DNA of 35,010 nucleotides, taken from Octopus bimaculoides. Its lineage: Eukaryota. The first letter of the stretch is position 1; each line of letters begins with the position of its first letter. The translations under genes were made by a program, and so were the position numbers. The DNA lies in contig NC_069000.1 in the NCBI RefSeq assembly GCF_001194135.2, positions 20,979,632-21,014,641 on the forward strand, read 5' to 3'. Below, piece by piece: positions 1 through 11,604 of this stretch. A model generated the notes under the pieces. The model worked only from the letters and a program-made list of their open reading frames with translations, searched no databases and was not told the origin of the DNA.

Positions 1-37
<37 letters not shown>

Positions 38-291
38 ATATATAACCACATTGTCCAGTGTATTCTTCATTCAAAATTGCTGGTATGTGAATTATGAGTG
101 ATTGTTAGTTATTTGCAGCCGATCGAACGACCACAAAGAAGCTTCTTCGCTGACGACAATATTATTAGTATTGATGGCAAGAGAATTGGTATTAGAACCG
201 GTGGTTATAATACTAATTTGTGTTAGTAAATGATAACAGAGTTCCTAACTGGAGTTTGTAATAATATAAGTAATGATGATAATTGTGGCAT

Positions 292-352
292 TGATGTTAT
301 TGTTTAACCCCAGGCAGGTCAGCTCGAATTCAACAGTTCTGTGATCAAAGGC
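292..352 (-). mobile_element. 3' tail fragment of a (CAA)n-ending SINE/LINE tail family
   Basis: Reverse complement of the tail seen at 3316-3467 and 24896-25088 (gcctttgatca...ctgacctg...ggggttaaacaataacatcaa). Confidence 0.55.
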
Positions 353-580
353 TTGAGTACTTGTGTATATTTTAGCTTAAGACTCTTAATGCAAAAATGA
401 ATAAATATATAATATAAAATAAAACTTGACGCTTTATCTCAAACATGAAAAATTTATAGACCCATATGCCAAATTATATTTTATTTAATTATATCAACTC
501 AATTGCTTCCAAAAACAACTATACTCTTTATGCTATTAAAATTAACTTTTGAGAAATTACATATATTATTTACTCCTAAA

Positions 581-730
581 AAGGCGGTGAGTTGGCAGAA
601 TCATTAGCACACCGGACAAAATGCTTAGTGAAATTTCTTCCGGATCTTTACGTTCTGAGTTCAAATTCCTCATTTCATCTTTTCGGGAGTCGATGAAAGA
701 AGTACCAGTTGAGAACTGGGGTCGATGTAC
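581..730 (+). mobile_element. tRNA-derived SINE, family A (octopus-type)
   Basis: A-box-like GGCGGTGAGTTGGCAGAATC and B-box-like GAGTTCAAATTCC. Homologous to copies at 6323-6480 (+) and 15084-15281 (-), with a short internal deletion. Confidence 0.85.
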
Positions 731-847
731 GGTGACCACTGAACGATAAATTGAGACAAGACAGTCAAAAGGCTTAGCAAAGCCATTAAATGGGGAAAAA
801 AAAACTGCACAAATCAGGCAACTAGTCAGGCAATTAGTAAATTGAGT

Positions 848-1075
848 TGGCCATAGATTCTCTCTTCCATCGTACAACTTGGATCCGTCACCTTCTGACT
901 TCCACCTGTTCGATCCAGTGAAGAACAGTCTTCGGAGACAAGGGTTTGATAACAAAGATGAGGGGAAATTAGTTGTAAAGAAGTTAGTGCAACAGTGCAT
1001 ATATGCATTTTTCAAAGCAGATTTACGAGTTAGGTGCGATGATGGCTCAGATACTTCGTTTGTGGGGAAGATTAT
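848..1075 (+). pseudogene. mariner transposase C-terminal relic
   Basis: Translates to LPSYNLDPSPSDFHLFDPVKNSLRRQGFDNKDEGK, a degenerate form of the mariner motif PPYSPDLAPSDFHLF...LK..L.G..F. No TIRs seen. Confidence 0.7.
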
Positions 1076-1950
1076 GCTGACTAGCACCTTTGTATAGAGG
1101 CATAGTTAGAGTGCCAACTCGGGCAATTTCAATAATCCATGTCAGGTAGTAGAAAAGTTATGTTTAATTTGCATTATTTTTAGTCGATTTCTTGCGCATA
1201 TAGAGTATATTAGAGTATATATATATATATNNNNNNNNNNNNNNNNNNNNNNNNNNNNNNNNNNNNNNNNNNNNNNNNNNNNNNNNNNNNNNNNNNNNNN
1301 NNNNNNNNNNNNNNNNNNNNNNNNNNNNNNNNNNNNNNNNNNNNNNNNNNNNNNNNNNNNNNNNNNNNNNNNNNNNNNNNNNNNNNNNNNNNNNNNNNNN
1401 NNNNNNNNNNNNNNNNNNNNNNNNNNNNNNNNNNNNNNNNNNNNNNNNNNNNNNNNNNNNNNNNNNNNNNNNNNNNNNNNNNNNNNNNNNNNNNNNNNNN
1501 NNNNNNNNNNNNNNNNNNNNNNNNNNNNNNNNNNNNNNNNNNNNNNNNNNNNNNNNNNNNNNNNNNNNNNNNNNNNNNNNNNNNNNNNNNNNNNNNNNNN
1601 NNNNNNNNNNNNNNNNNNNNNNNNNNNNNNNNNNNNNNNNNNNNNNNNNNNNNNNNNNNNNNNNNNNNNNNNNNNNNNNNNNNNNNNNNNNNNNNNNNNN
1701 NNNNNNNNNNNNNNNNNNNNNNNNNNNNNNNNNNNNNNNNNNNNNNNNNNNNNNNNNNNNNNNNNNNNNNNNNNNNNNNNNNNNNNNNNNNNNNNNNNNN
1801 NNNNNNNNNNNNNNNNNNNNNNNNNNNNNNNNNNNNNNNNNNNNNNNNNNNNNNNNNNNNNNNNNNNNNNNNNNNNNNNNNNNNNNNNNNNNNNNNNNNN
1901 NNNNNNNNNNNNNNNNNNNNNNNNNNNNNNNNNNNNNNNNNNNNNNNNNN

Positions 1951-2075
1951 ATATATTGTATATGTATATATAATATATATACACACATACACACATTCAT
2001 ACATACATACATACATACATACATGCATGCATACATACATACATACATACATACATACATACATACATACATACA
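1951..2075. repeat. (TA)/(CA)/(CATA)n microsatellite
   Basis: Direct reading. Abuts gap 1231-1950. Confidence 0.95.
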
Positions 2076-2499
2076 CAGGGACGCGGGCAGCCATCACAAA
2101 ATCACGCTAACATAATGTGAGAGGGCGGCAGATATATATAGACAGACAGGTCTATAAAGAGAAATCGCCCTCCATTATCCCTCTTCAAACAGCGCCGACC
2201 TTGTTAAATCCGATCGATAATAGCGTCTGCGAAAAGACAGAGGTGTTTTTGTTCCCCACTAGTGACGTATTATGATATCTGGAGGTTAATGTGCGTGTGT
2301 GTGTGTGTGTGTCTGTGTGTCAGCGTGTGCGTGTGTGTTTGTGTGTGAAGGTACATATGTGTACTTACGCGTGTGTGTTAAAGCGTTTGAATGTGTGAGT
2401 CTAGGAGAAGTCATACGGCCATATTGCAGAGCAGTGTTTCTTAAAATATATCAGAAATTTTAAGCCGGCACTTTATTCGTCCTTGCTTTTGAGTATGCA

Positions 2500-2514
2500 C
2501 ATAGACAGACAGAG

Positions 2515-2579
<65 letters not shown>

Positions 2580-2660
2580 CATACATACATACATACATAC
2601 ATACATACATACATACACACATACATACATACATACATACATACATACATACATGCATAC
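2500..2660. repeat. compound (GATA)n-(CATA)n microsatellite
   Basis: Direct reading. Confidence 0.95.
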
Positions 2661-2904
2661 AGTTTACTGTTCCGTTAAGGTAAGATCAACAAAAAAGTGC
2701 TCTATCCGGTGCGAGAGCTAAATGTCACTTAATATACTCAATGTCACAATTTTAAAACGTTTCGAGCTTTAGAGATGCATTATATTTGTGTGAATTTATG
2801 TGTGTGAGTGCGCGCGCGATTGTGTGTGTGAGTGTGTGTGTTTTGGGATCACTAATACTTTATTATCTCCCTTTCTTCCTAGCTCTCCTCTTTAATTTCT
2901 CCAG

Positions 2905-2960
2905 ACTGCTTATGTATGGGCCAAGGATATGTTTTTCGCTGGCAAAATAGACCAGGTAAA
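2905..2960 (+). CDS. candidate short exon (possible first coding exon, MGQGYVFRWQNRPGK from ATG 2916)
   Basis: Acceptor ctttaatttctccag at 2904 and two donors, CAG|GTAAAG (after 2955) and AAA|GTAAGT (after 2960). No homology recognised. Confidence 0.25.
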
Positions 2961-3315
2961 GTAAGTCTGCCGGGAAGCTCATGATAATCGCTTTTTTTTG
3001 GGGGGGGGGGCAGTAAGGACTTCATCTACAACCACTGTGTTCCATATGGCCATTTGAATGGTAAGAATTATTTGAATGGTAAGAATTATTTGAATGGTGA
3101 GAGCCACTAACAAAAGAACAACATGGAAGTTTGGAAACTGTAAGTAGCAGAGAGAGAAATCTAACATTTCGGGAAGAAATTCTGTTTGAAGAAGACATGG
3201 AGGGCCACAAATTTCTTCGGAGTTTAGTGTTATAGTCTTTCTTTGTATAAAGAACAGCTCCTCTGGAGCAAAACAAATCAGAATGAGCCAGTGCTCGTTC
3301 GACATGCTAGATGTC

Positions 3316-3467
3316 GTAGTCAAATCTCCCTCAAATCTTTTTACATTTTCTTCAACAATTGATATTAAAAAATAACATATGATGATCACAGCTAGAATGC
3401 TTTTGATAATAAATCTTCTTACCCAGGGCTAACTGGAGCTAATCAACAACAACAACATCAACATCAA
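3316..3467 (+). mobile_element. 3' tail fragment of (CAA)n-ending SINE/LINE tail family
   Basis: caaatctccctcaaa...gatgatcacagctagaatgcttttgat...cagggctaactggagctaatcaacaacaac. Similar to 24440-24478, 24896-25088 and the reverse complement of 292-352. Confidence 0.55.
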
Positions 3468-3681
3468 TATCAGCTGTACACACAGAAATGAATCAATATC
3501 ATAGATATCTAATGTAGCAAGAACAGTTTTTTCTTAACTTTTAATTGTTTCTATTAACTAACACTTTGGGCTCCACAGTCCATCTCAAGTGACTCTACTA
3601 CCCTAAAAGAATTATCCAATTTATAGAAAAATATATGAAACAAGAAATAGACTATAATAATCGTTCTTACTGACATACGGG

Positions 3682-3896
3682 CCTTCTTCTTCTTCTTCTT
3701 ATTATTATTATTATTATTCTCCTCCTCCTCATCCTCCTCTTCCTCCTCATCCTCCTCTTCCTCCTCATCCTCCTTCTCTTCCTCCTCCTCCTTCTCTTCC
3801 TCCTCCTTCTTCTTCTCTTCTTCATCCTCCTCCTTCTCTTTCTCATTCTTCTTCTGCTTCTCCTCTTCCTCCTCCTCCTCCTTCTTCTTCTTCTCC

Positions 3897-3928
<32 letters not shown>

Positions 3929-4220
3929 CTTCTTCTTCTCCTTCTCCTCTTCCTCTTATTCCTCCTCCTCCTCCTTCTTCTTCTTCTCCTTCTCCTCTTC
4001 CTCCTTCTTCTCCTTCTCCTCCTCCTTCTCATTCATCTCCTTCTCCTCCTCCTTCTTCTCATTCTTCTCATTCTCCTCCTCCTTCTTCTTCTCTTCCTCA
4101 TCCTCCTCCTCCTCTTTCTCATTCTTCTTCTGCTCCTCCTCTTCCTCCTCCTCCTTCTTCTTCTCCTCCTCCTTCTTCTTCTTCTTCTTCTTCTTCTTCT
4201 TCTCCTCCTCCTCCTCCATC
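3682..4220. repeat. about 540-bp polypyrimidine/polypurine (CTT/CCT)n tract
   Basis: Plus strand almost purely C/T apart from a short (TTA)n. Source of the poly-R/K/E pseudo-ORFs. Confidence 0.95.
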
Positions 4221-4233
4221 TTATATTAATATA

Positions 4234-5629
4234 TCAGGTCATCCCATAAGTTCTGTCCGAATTTTGAATAAAGAAAACAAGTGATCGAATGTTATATTTA
4301 ATTGAAATTTAATCATCAATGTACTTTCCCTGATTATCTATGACTTCCTTCCATCTATTTACAAGCTTTTTAATCCCATCAATGTAAAACTCTTTTGGTT
4401 TCAAAGCGAAGAACTCTGAAATGTCAGTTTCGACCTCCTCCTGGCTTGCGAAAGTTATGTCCCCCAAATGATTCTGTAAACTATGAAACAAATGGTAGTC
4501 TGAAGAAGCAAGGTCGGGAGAATAAGGTGGATNNNNNNNNNNNNNNNNNNNNNNNNNNNNNNNNNNNNNNNNNNNNNNNNNNNNNNNNNNNNNNNNNNNN
4601 NNNNNNNNNNNNNNNNNNNNNNNNNNNNNNNNNNNNNNNNNNNNNNNNNNNNNNNNNNNNNNNNNNNNNNNNNNNNNNNNNNNNNNNNNNNNNNNNNNNN
4701 NNNNNNNNNNNNNNNNNNNNNNNNNNNNNNNNNNNNNNNNNNNNNNNNNNNNNNNNNNNNNNNNNNNNNNNNNNNNNNNNNNNNNNNNNNNNNNNNNNNN
4801 NNNNNNNNNNNNNNNNNNNNNNNNNNNNNNNNNNNNNNNNNNNNNNNNNNNNNNNNNNNNNNNNNNNNNNNNNNNNNNNNNNNNNNNNNNNNNNNNNNNN
4901 NNNNNNNNNNNNNNNNNNNNNNNNNNNNNNNNNNNNNNNNNNNNNNNNNNNNNNNNNNNNNNNNNNNNNNNNNNNNNNNNNNNNNNNNNNNNNNNNNNNN
5001 NNNNNNNNNNNNNNNNNNNNNNNNNNNNNNNNNNNNNNNNNNNNNNNNNNNNNNNNNNNNNNNNNNNNNNNNNNNNNNNNNNNNNNNNNNNNNNNNNNNN
5101 NNNNNNNNNNNNNNNNNNNNNNNNNNNNNNNNNNNNNNNNNNNNNNNNNNNNNNNNNNNNNNNNNNNNNNNNNNNNNNNNNNNNNNNNNNNNNNNNNNNN
5201 NNNNNNNNNNNNNNNNNNNNNNNNNNNNNNNNNNNNNNNNNNNNNNNNNNNNNNNNNNNNNNNNNNNNNNNNNNNNNNNNNNNNNNNNNNNNNNNNNNNN
5301 NNNNNNNNCTCATCTGAATTTTGCAAACCATCTTCTGCAAGTTCTTTCATTCAAGCATTCTTTCCTAAAAACTGAGTGTATGTTTCGAGTCGCTTCGGCC
5401 GCAAACTTTCCTTTTTTGTACTCATAAAGCATTATGTGCCACAAATGCTTTTTGGATACTTCCAAAGAAATTTTAATTCTATTGTTCTGTAAAATAATAT
5501 TTAATTAGTTAAATGTACACAAATGCATAAAAATAATTTTTAATTCCATTAGACATTCTAAAATACTATTAAATTTCATTCGATTTAAAAAAAAAGGTAA
5601 AATCGGACAGAATTTATGGGATAACCTGA
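4234..5629 (-). mobile_element. mariner DNA transposon, both ends present, middle in gap, probably inactive
   Basis: 27-bp TIRs TCAGGTCATCCCATAAGTTCTGTCCGA (4234-4260) and its inverse (5603-5629, 2 mismatches), flanked by TA at 4232-33 and 5630-31. Minus-strand N-terminus (TTG)EVSKKHLWHIMLYEYKKGKFAAEATRNIHSVFRKECLNERTCRRWFAKFR at 5465-5310. C-terminus PPYSPDLASSDYHLFHSLQNHL...LVNRWKEVIDNQGKYIDD* at 4532-4309. The start codon reads TTG. Confidence 0.95.
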
Positions 5630-6322
5630 TATATATTCATACTAGCATAGTACCTGTAAATGGTAGAATATAGTTACTTCTTCGTGAACGTATAAGTGTG
5701 TAAGTATACTAGAGTCATGTGACTGTGTAAACGCTGGCTGTACGAAAATACAAGACTACATGGTTGAGAAGCAAACTTCTTACCACATAACCACGCCTGG
5801 ACTTGGATATTATTAGAAAAAGTTTTGACTGTTATTTCTTGCATGTCGAGCACCCGCACGACCTTTACTCAACTCTTGCGGTTATCCAGATAGCAGCAGG
5901 ATTTCATATCTTTTTATTGGCACTGAGTTTTGTTCGGCAGCAAGGCGCCGATCCAGATCTCAAAACAGCTTCTATTTACGTAAATACATTGTATTTCAAG
6001 ATAACAGAAAAGTTTCGTGTAACGTGCGGCGTTAACTGTCTTGATTCTCATAAATGTGTGTGCATGGTGTTTAAAGGCGGTCGAGTGTAAACGAGTTAAT
6101 GGAGTCACAAGGGAAAGAAAAGTGAGAGCGGAATTTTAATTGAGATGAGATAGAGACATATGAAGGCTATCATACAAACTAAAACAAGACCAGACACAAA
6201 CATCAAAAACTCATGTTATCTTCTATCTTTACTTTTCTTGTAAGGTTTAACCAATGGTCCTTAACTGTCCCTTCTCCACAAATTTCAGGTATTTTGCTAA
6301 TAGTAGAAAGGAATATTAAAAA

Positions 6323-6480
6323 AAGGTGGTGAGCTGCCAGAATTGTTAATGCGCCGGACAAAATGCTTAGCGGCATTTCGACTGAGTCCAATTTTCGCCG
6401 AGGTCGACGTTGCCTTTCGTCCCTTCGGGTCTATAAAACAAGAACCAGTTGAGCACGTGGATCGATGTAATAGACTTACT
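6323..6480 (+). mobile_element. tRNA-derived SINE, family A
   Basis: Homologous to 581-730 and 15084-15281. Contains ccgaggtcgacgttgcctttcgtcccttcgggtctataaaacaagaaccagttgagcac. Confidence 0.85.
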
Positions 6481-6579
6481 CACACGCCCGACTACAACTA
6501 CTACTACTACTACTACACATATTTATTATGTTTGTGAATACGTTTATTAAGGGATGTAGAGAAACAGACAGAAAGACAG

Positions 6580-6735
<156 letters not shown>

Positions 6736-6978
6736 TCAGAGTGACATGACATTTTGCCATACAACAAACGGATGTTATAATTTTTTCTTTCGTGCGTGTG
6801 TGCGTGTATAACACACACACTCACATACACACTCACATACACACATACATACACACATACACACACACGCACGCACGTACGCACATTCTAAATGTTTCTA
6901 GTTTGGATATTTTTAAATGTAATGTATCAGACGAAAAAAGATATCACACCTATCTCTTTTGACAAGGTTATATATATT

Positions 6979-6990
6979 AAAAAAAAAAAA

Positions 6991-7049
<59 letters not shown>

Positions 7050-7050
7050 G
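6979..7050. repeat. poly-A plus (AAT)n microsatellite
   Basis: Direct reading. Confidence 0.95.
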
Positions 7051-7239
7051 TGAGTGTTTTCCGCTTTGTAGTTCTTGATGAAGTCTAGGTATGTGCATTC
7101 ATTTTTTAGAAATTTTCTTAATAAGTAATAGACATATCGCTAAAGAAGAATATGCGATACAACAATCTATATTTTAATACAAACAGATTTGTATATTTTC
7201 AAATATTTTTATCATTTCCATGTATGTAACTACAATTTT

Positions 7240-7322
7240 GTGTATGACTTTTTATATGTATGTATATATAGATAGGCAAATAAATAAATAGATAAATAGA
7301 TAGAGATATAGACAGATAAATG

Positions 7323-7369
<47 letters not shown>

Positions 7370-7409
7370 GTTAGGATGTATACATATGTATGTGTACATG
7401 TATGTGTGC

Positions 7410-7451
<42 letters not shown>

Positions 7452-7598
7452 GTATATGTATGTATATATATATGTGTATATATAGAGAGAGAAAGTGACA
7501 GACAGACATACAGATAGAGAGATACAAATATACATATATATGTACATACATATATACATAAATGCGCGTATACATACATGCGTATATACATATGTGCA

Positions 7599-7653
<55 letters not shown>

Positions 7654-7666
7654 TGTATAATATATA
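7240..7666. repeat. compound (GATA)/(TA)/(TATG) low-complexity block
   Basis: Direct reading. Confidence 0.9.
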
Positions 7667-8942
7667 CAGGGTACGGTGAATACATTGCCGTCAAAATTAC
7701 GGAAAAATGAAAATAACATTGACATCTCATTTTCACAGATATATTTACCACAATTACGTAAAAATATCTTGAAATACTGAAGAATAAATGTATTCAATAA
7801 AATCGCCACTGGCTTCAGCCACGGCCTCCAGATGACTTTGGAATCTCCTGCAACTCTTCTGGACGGTCTCCTTGTTTAAGTTGGTGAATGCTGCCATAAT
7901 CCTTGCCTTCAGTTCATCTTTGGTGTTACAAGAAGTTTTGTTGGTCTATCGTCCAACTACGCCCCACACATAATAATCAAGGGGGTTGCAGTCTGGGGAG
8001 TTAGGTAGCCAGATGTTAGGTGTGATATGGTCGCAGAAATTGTCCGACAGCCATGACTGTGTTCTCCTGCTTGTGTGGCATGGTGCAGAGTCCGGTTGCC
8101 AGAAATAAGGTCTGTCTTCTAGCAGTCACTCTCTTCACCCAGGGCAGCACTACCTCCTCCAGGTACTTGATGTAGGTCTTCGTGTTGAGTCTGAGGACAT
8201 GTGGGAAGATGAATGAAAGCATAACGTCGCCATCATTAGTGGTCACTCCAAACACCATGATGTTGACTGGTTGTTTGATTTTTATCACTCTCGGTACATG
8301 TTTGGAGGACACGGTAAGCCAACGGGGTTGTTCTGTAGGTTCACAGAAATTTTTCTCGTCTGAGAAAAATCACAGCATTTTCGGTAGGAGAGGATGCTTG
8401 AGTTTGTTCAAAAGCTTCGTAGTGCGGTCTTTCCTCTTGTCTTTCCTAGTAGTGCGGTCTTTCCTTTGATGGCTTGGGATAAAAATTGGTCCTTTCTCAT
8501 CTTGTATGAGGAATATCAACTGTCTCCATACACTACCTGCCTTATAGGAAACTCAGACACTCCTATGTCCCTGGCGATGGACCTGATTGACTTGGAAGGA
8601 TCATTGTCAATCATAGTCTGGATCTCACTAACAAATTCAGAGTTCTTTTCTTATCAGAACGATCAGAATGCGTTTTCCGAGCTGCCGTACCTTCGTAATC
8701 GTCATTAGACTCGTCCAACACTTTCTGATTCCTCTGCACTGTCCTCAGATTGACACTCAAACACTCTGAAATGTTCTTATTGGAGCTTCCGGCGCGAATG
8801 CCAGCAGTACAGAGTGTCGTTTCCAAATTTCTGCCAGAGTGAATTGCGTCATGGTACTGTTCTCGCACAGACGGTGCCCAGCTGACCTACTATACTGTGT
8901 AGTCGACAAAAACAAAAAAAAAAAACAATGCGCATGCGCGAA

Positions 8943-8943
<1 letters not shown>
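7667..8943 (-). mobile_element. DD37D (maT-type) Tc1/mariner transposon, decayed, one end visible
   Basis: TA|CAGGGTACGGTGAATACATTGCCG at 7665-7690. Minus-strand transposase from ATG 8852 (MTQFTLAEIWKRH...) with FFSDEKNF and WQPDSAPCH...WLPNSPDCNPLDYYVWG, giving 37 residues between the second and third D. Has frameshifts and a small internal duplication near 8418-8468. Confidence 0.9.
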
Positions 8944-8975
<32 letters not shown>

Positions 8976-9566
8976 NNNNNNNNNNNNNNNNNNNNNNNNN
9001 NNNNNNNNNNNNNNNNNNNNNNNNNNNNNNNNNNNNNNNNNNNNNNNNNNNNNNNNNNNNNNNNNNNNNNNNNNNNNNNNNNNNNNNNNNNNNNNNNNNN
9101 NNNNNNNNNNNNNNNNNNNNNNNNNNNNNNNNNNNNNNNNNNNNNNNNNNNNNNNNNNNNNNNNNNNNNNNNNNNNNNNNNNNNNNNNNNNNNNNNNNNN
9201 NNNNNNNNNNNNNNNNNNNNNNNNNNNNNNNNNNNNNNNNNNNNNNNNNNNNNNNNNNNNNNNNNNNNNNNNNNNNNNNNNNNNNNNNNNNNNNNNNNNN
9301 NNNNNNNNNNNNNNNNNNNNNNNNNNNNNNNNNNNNNNNNNNNNNNNNNNNNNNNNNNNNNNNNNNNNNNNNNNNNNNNNNNNNNNNNNNNNNNNNNNNN
9401 NNNNNNNNNNNNNNNNNNNNNNNNNNNNNNNNNNNNNNNNNNNNNNNNNNNNNNNNNNNNNNNNNNNNNNNNNNNNNNNNNNNNNNNNNNNNNNNNNNNN
9501 NNNNNNNNNNNNNNNNNNNNNNNNNNNNNNNNNNNNNNNNNNNNNNNNNNNNNNNNNNNNNNNNNN

Positions 9567-10431
9567 GGGGAAAAACAGTCGGGGGCTATTTTTGAGAACT
9601 GCTCTCCACTCGGGGTGTTTCGGAGCAAGTCGTACATATTTGTTTCATTTTCTCCGTTTTGTGCATTTGTGCATCCGTAGATTTCTACAGAAGCAACAAA
9701 CAGACAATGAAGGCAAATGAAGCCCTCACCAGAAAATTCGTTATGCTAAAAATAACAGCTAAAGGTCTGGTACACAGAATTATGTTGTTAAGACGACTTA
9801 TCTGTTGCATACGATTTTTTTTCACTGTAAGTAAATTCCCAGGTAAACGTTTCTAATAGAAAGGCAGAAGACACCAGAAACAAAAATAAGGAATATACAC
9901 GCACAGTTAAATATAGAAGTGTAAAGTATAATTTGTTACATAATGTCTATAATAAACATCATACTGAATGGAATAATTCCCCGTTTGAACTTTTTAAATT
10001 ACATGTGTGTGTGTGTGTGTATGTGGTAGAAATCTACAGATGCACAAATGCACAAAACGGAGAAAATGAAACAAATATGGACGACTTGTTCCGAAACACC
10101 CCCGAGTGGGAAACAATTCTCAAAAATAACCCCCAATTGTTTTCCCCCAAAATTTCTATGTCCTCGGGATCTACATAATCTGAGGTATATTTCAAGAGAA
10201 TTTCATTAAAAAACATCCATTTTCTTGAAAGTTAAGACGAACTGAAGTGGACTCTGATCAATTTTCCGAAATTCGCTAGTTAACCCCCTTCTAAAATACT
10301 TGCCCCCCAAAATTTTGTATATTCGGAATCTACATGATATAACACATAACCGTAGAAAATTTCATTAAAAATATATTTATTTTTGTGAAAGTTATGACCA
10401 CCCAAAGTCGGTGGAGCAGAAATCTGTTACT

Positions 10432-10436
<5 letters not shown>
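9567..10436. mobile_element. long-TIR foldback element 1 (non-autonomous, left arm runs into gap)
   Basis: 9567-9688 is the reverse complement of 10026-10147. The right arm appears to continue to ...aatctgttactatgcc (10436) before (TA)n. The spacer of about 335 bp is non-coding. Confidence 0.75.
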
Positions 10437-10504
<68 letters not shown>

Positions 10505-10509
<5 letters not shown>

Positions 10510-10720
10510 AATTAAAAGGGTAAAGGATTATCAATTTATTAATTTATTAATAAATCAACAATTAATAATTTTTACCAAGCCCTTCGGTATGTAAGCACCA
10601 TTATCGGTGGAGAACTTATTTAAAAGTTCATATATATTTTTATAAACATAATTTAGGGATCAGCAAATATTTGCTTGAACTTCGGTATGTGGTGAAGCAA
10701 ATATTTGCTGATCCCTAAAT
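10505..10720 (-). mobile_element. probable Penelope-like terminal repeat fragment with inverted duplication
   Basis: Perfect 26-bp inverted repeat 10651-10676/10695-10720. Minus-strand CCGATAATGG...CCGAAG at 10582-10607 resembles the CTGANGA..CGAAA motif of PLE termini. Flanked by (TA)n. Confidence 0.4.
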
Positions 10721-11564
10721 GATGTATGTATGAATATATATATATAGTATGGGTACAACTGGCATTTATAATCTACGACTGTTGTTTAGGCAGAATTTTA
10801 TTGAGCTATTCATAGACTATATCATAACATATAAAACACCTTCTTCTAGTAAAATTTTTAATAGGCAAGATGTAAAACAAGGGACCTGTCATACATGGCA
10901 TCGGACGAATCCAATATTGTGGGATAAGTGGATCTTACAAAAAATAACATGCTTATTTAGAGAATAATTAGCGGTAGGTTAAAGGGCATGCAAGGAAGTA
11001 AAGAAATCGAACGAAAGAATCATTTGAACTCACTCTTAATTTATACCCGCGCCACATCTGGATCAAAACCAGTGTCAGATCTAAGGGAAAATTGGATTTG
11101 CTATTTACATATCTACAGTATCCTACATAAACATTCATTCATTTATTGTTGTGTACTTCACTGTGAACACTGTGTTGTCATACCTAGCCATTTCTGGCGT
11201 CCTACGTGTTTATGTATCTGCGTTCTATTCAATCCTTATAAGTAATATATATATATATATATATATATATACATNNNNNNNNNNNNNNNNNNNNNNNNNN
11301 NNNNNNNNNNNNNNNNNNNNNNNNNNNNNNNNNNNNNNNNNNNNNNNNNNNNNNNNNNNNNNNNNNNNNNNNNNNNNNNNNNNNNNNNNNNNNNNNNNNN
11401 NNNNNNNNNNNNNNNNNNNNNNNNNNNNNNNNNNNNNNNNNNNNNNNNNNNNNNNNNNNNNNNNNNNNNNNNNNNNNNNNNNNNNNNNNNNNNNNNNNNN
11501 NNNNNNNNNNNNNNNNNNNNNNNNNNNNNNNNNNNNNNNNNNNNNNNNNNNNNNNNNNNNNNNN

Positions 11565-11600
<36 letters not shown>

Positions 11601-11604
<4 letters not shown>

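Noticed and set aside
3047-3098. 18-bp tandem repeat ATTTGAATGGTAAGAATT, about 2.6 copies
   Set aside because: Real but a trivial local duplication. No spacers, so not CRISPR-like.
3423-3473. 51-nt minus-strand segment with good splice signals and a hydrophobic frame
   Set aside because: Stops in all three frames, and it lies in a repeat tail seen elsewhere in the window.
3667-4219. Poly-Arg/Lys and poly-Glu/Lys ORFs (protamine-like appearance)
   Set aside because: Simple translation of the (CTT/CCT)n tract, with no splice or start context.
6246-6289. 44-nt plus segment between an acceptor-like tract and CAG|GTATTT
   Set aside because: Signals are common in AT-rich DNA, the peptide is uninformative and there is no phase link to other candidates.
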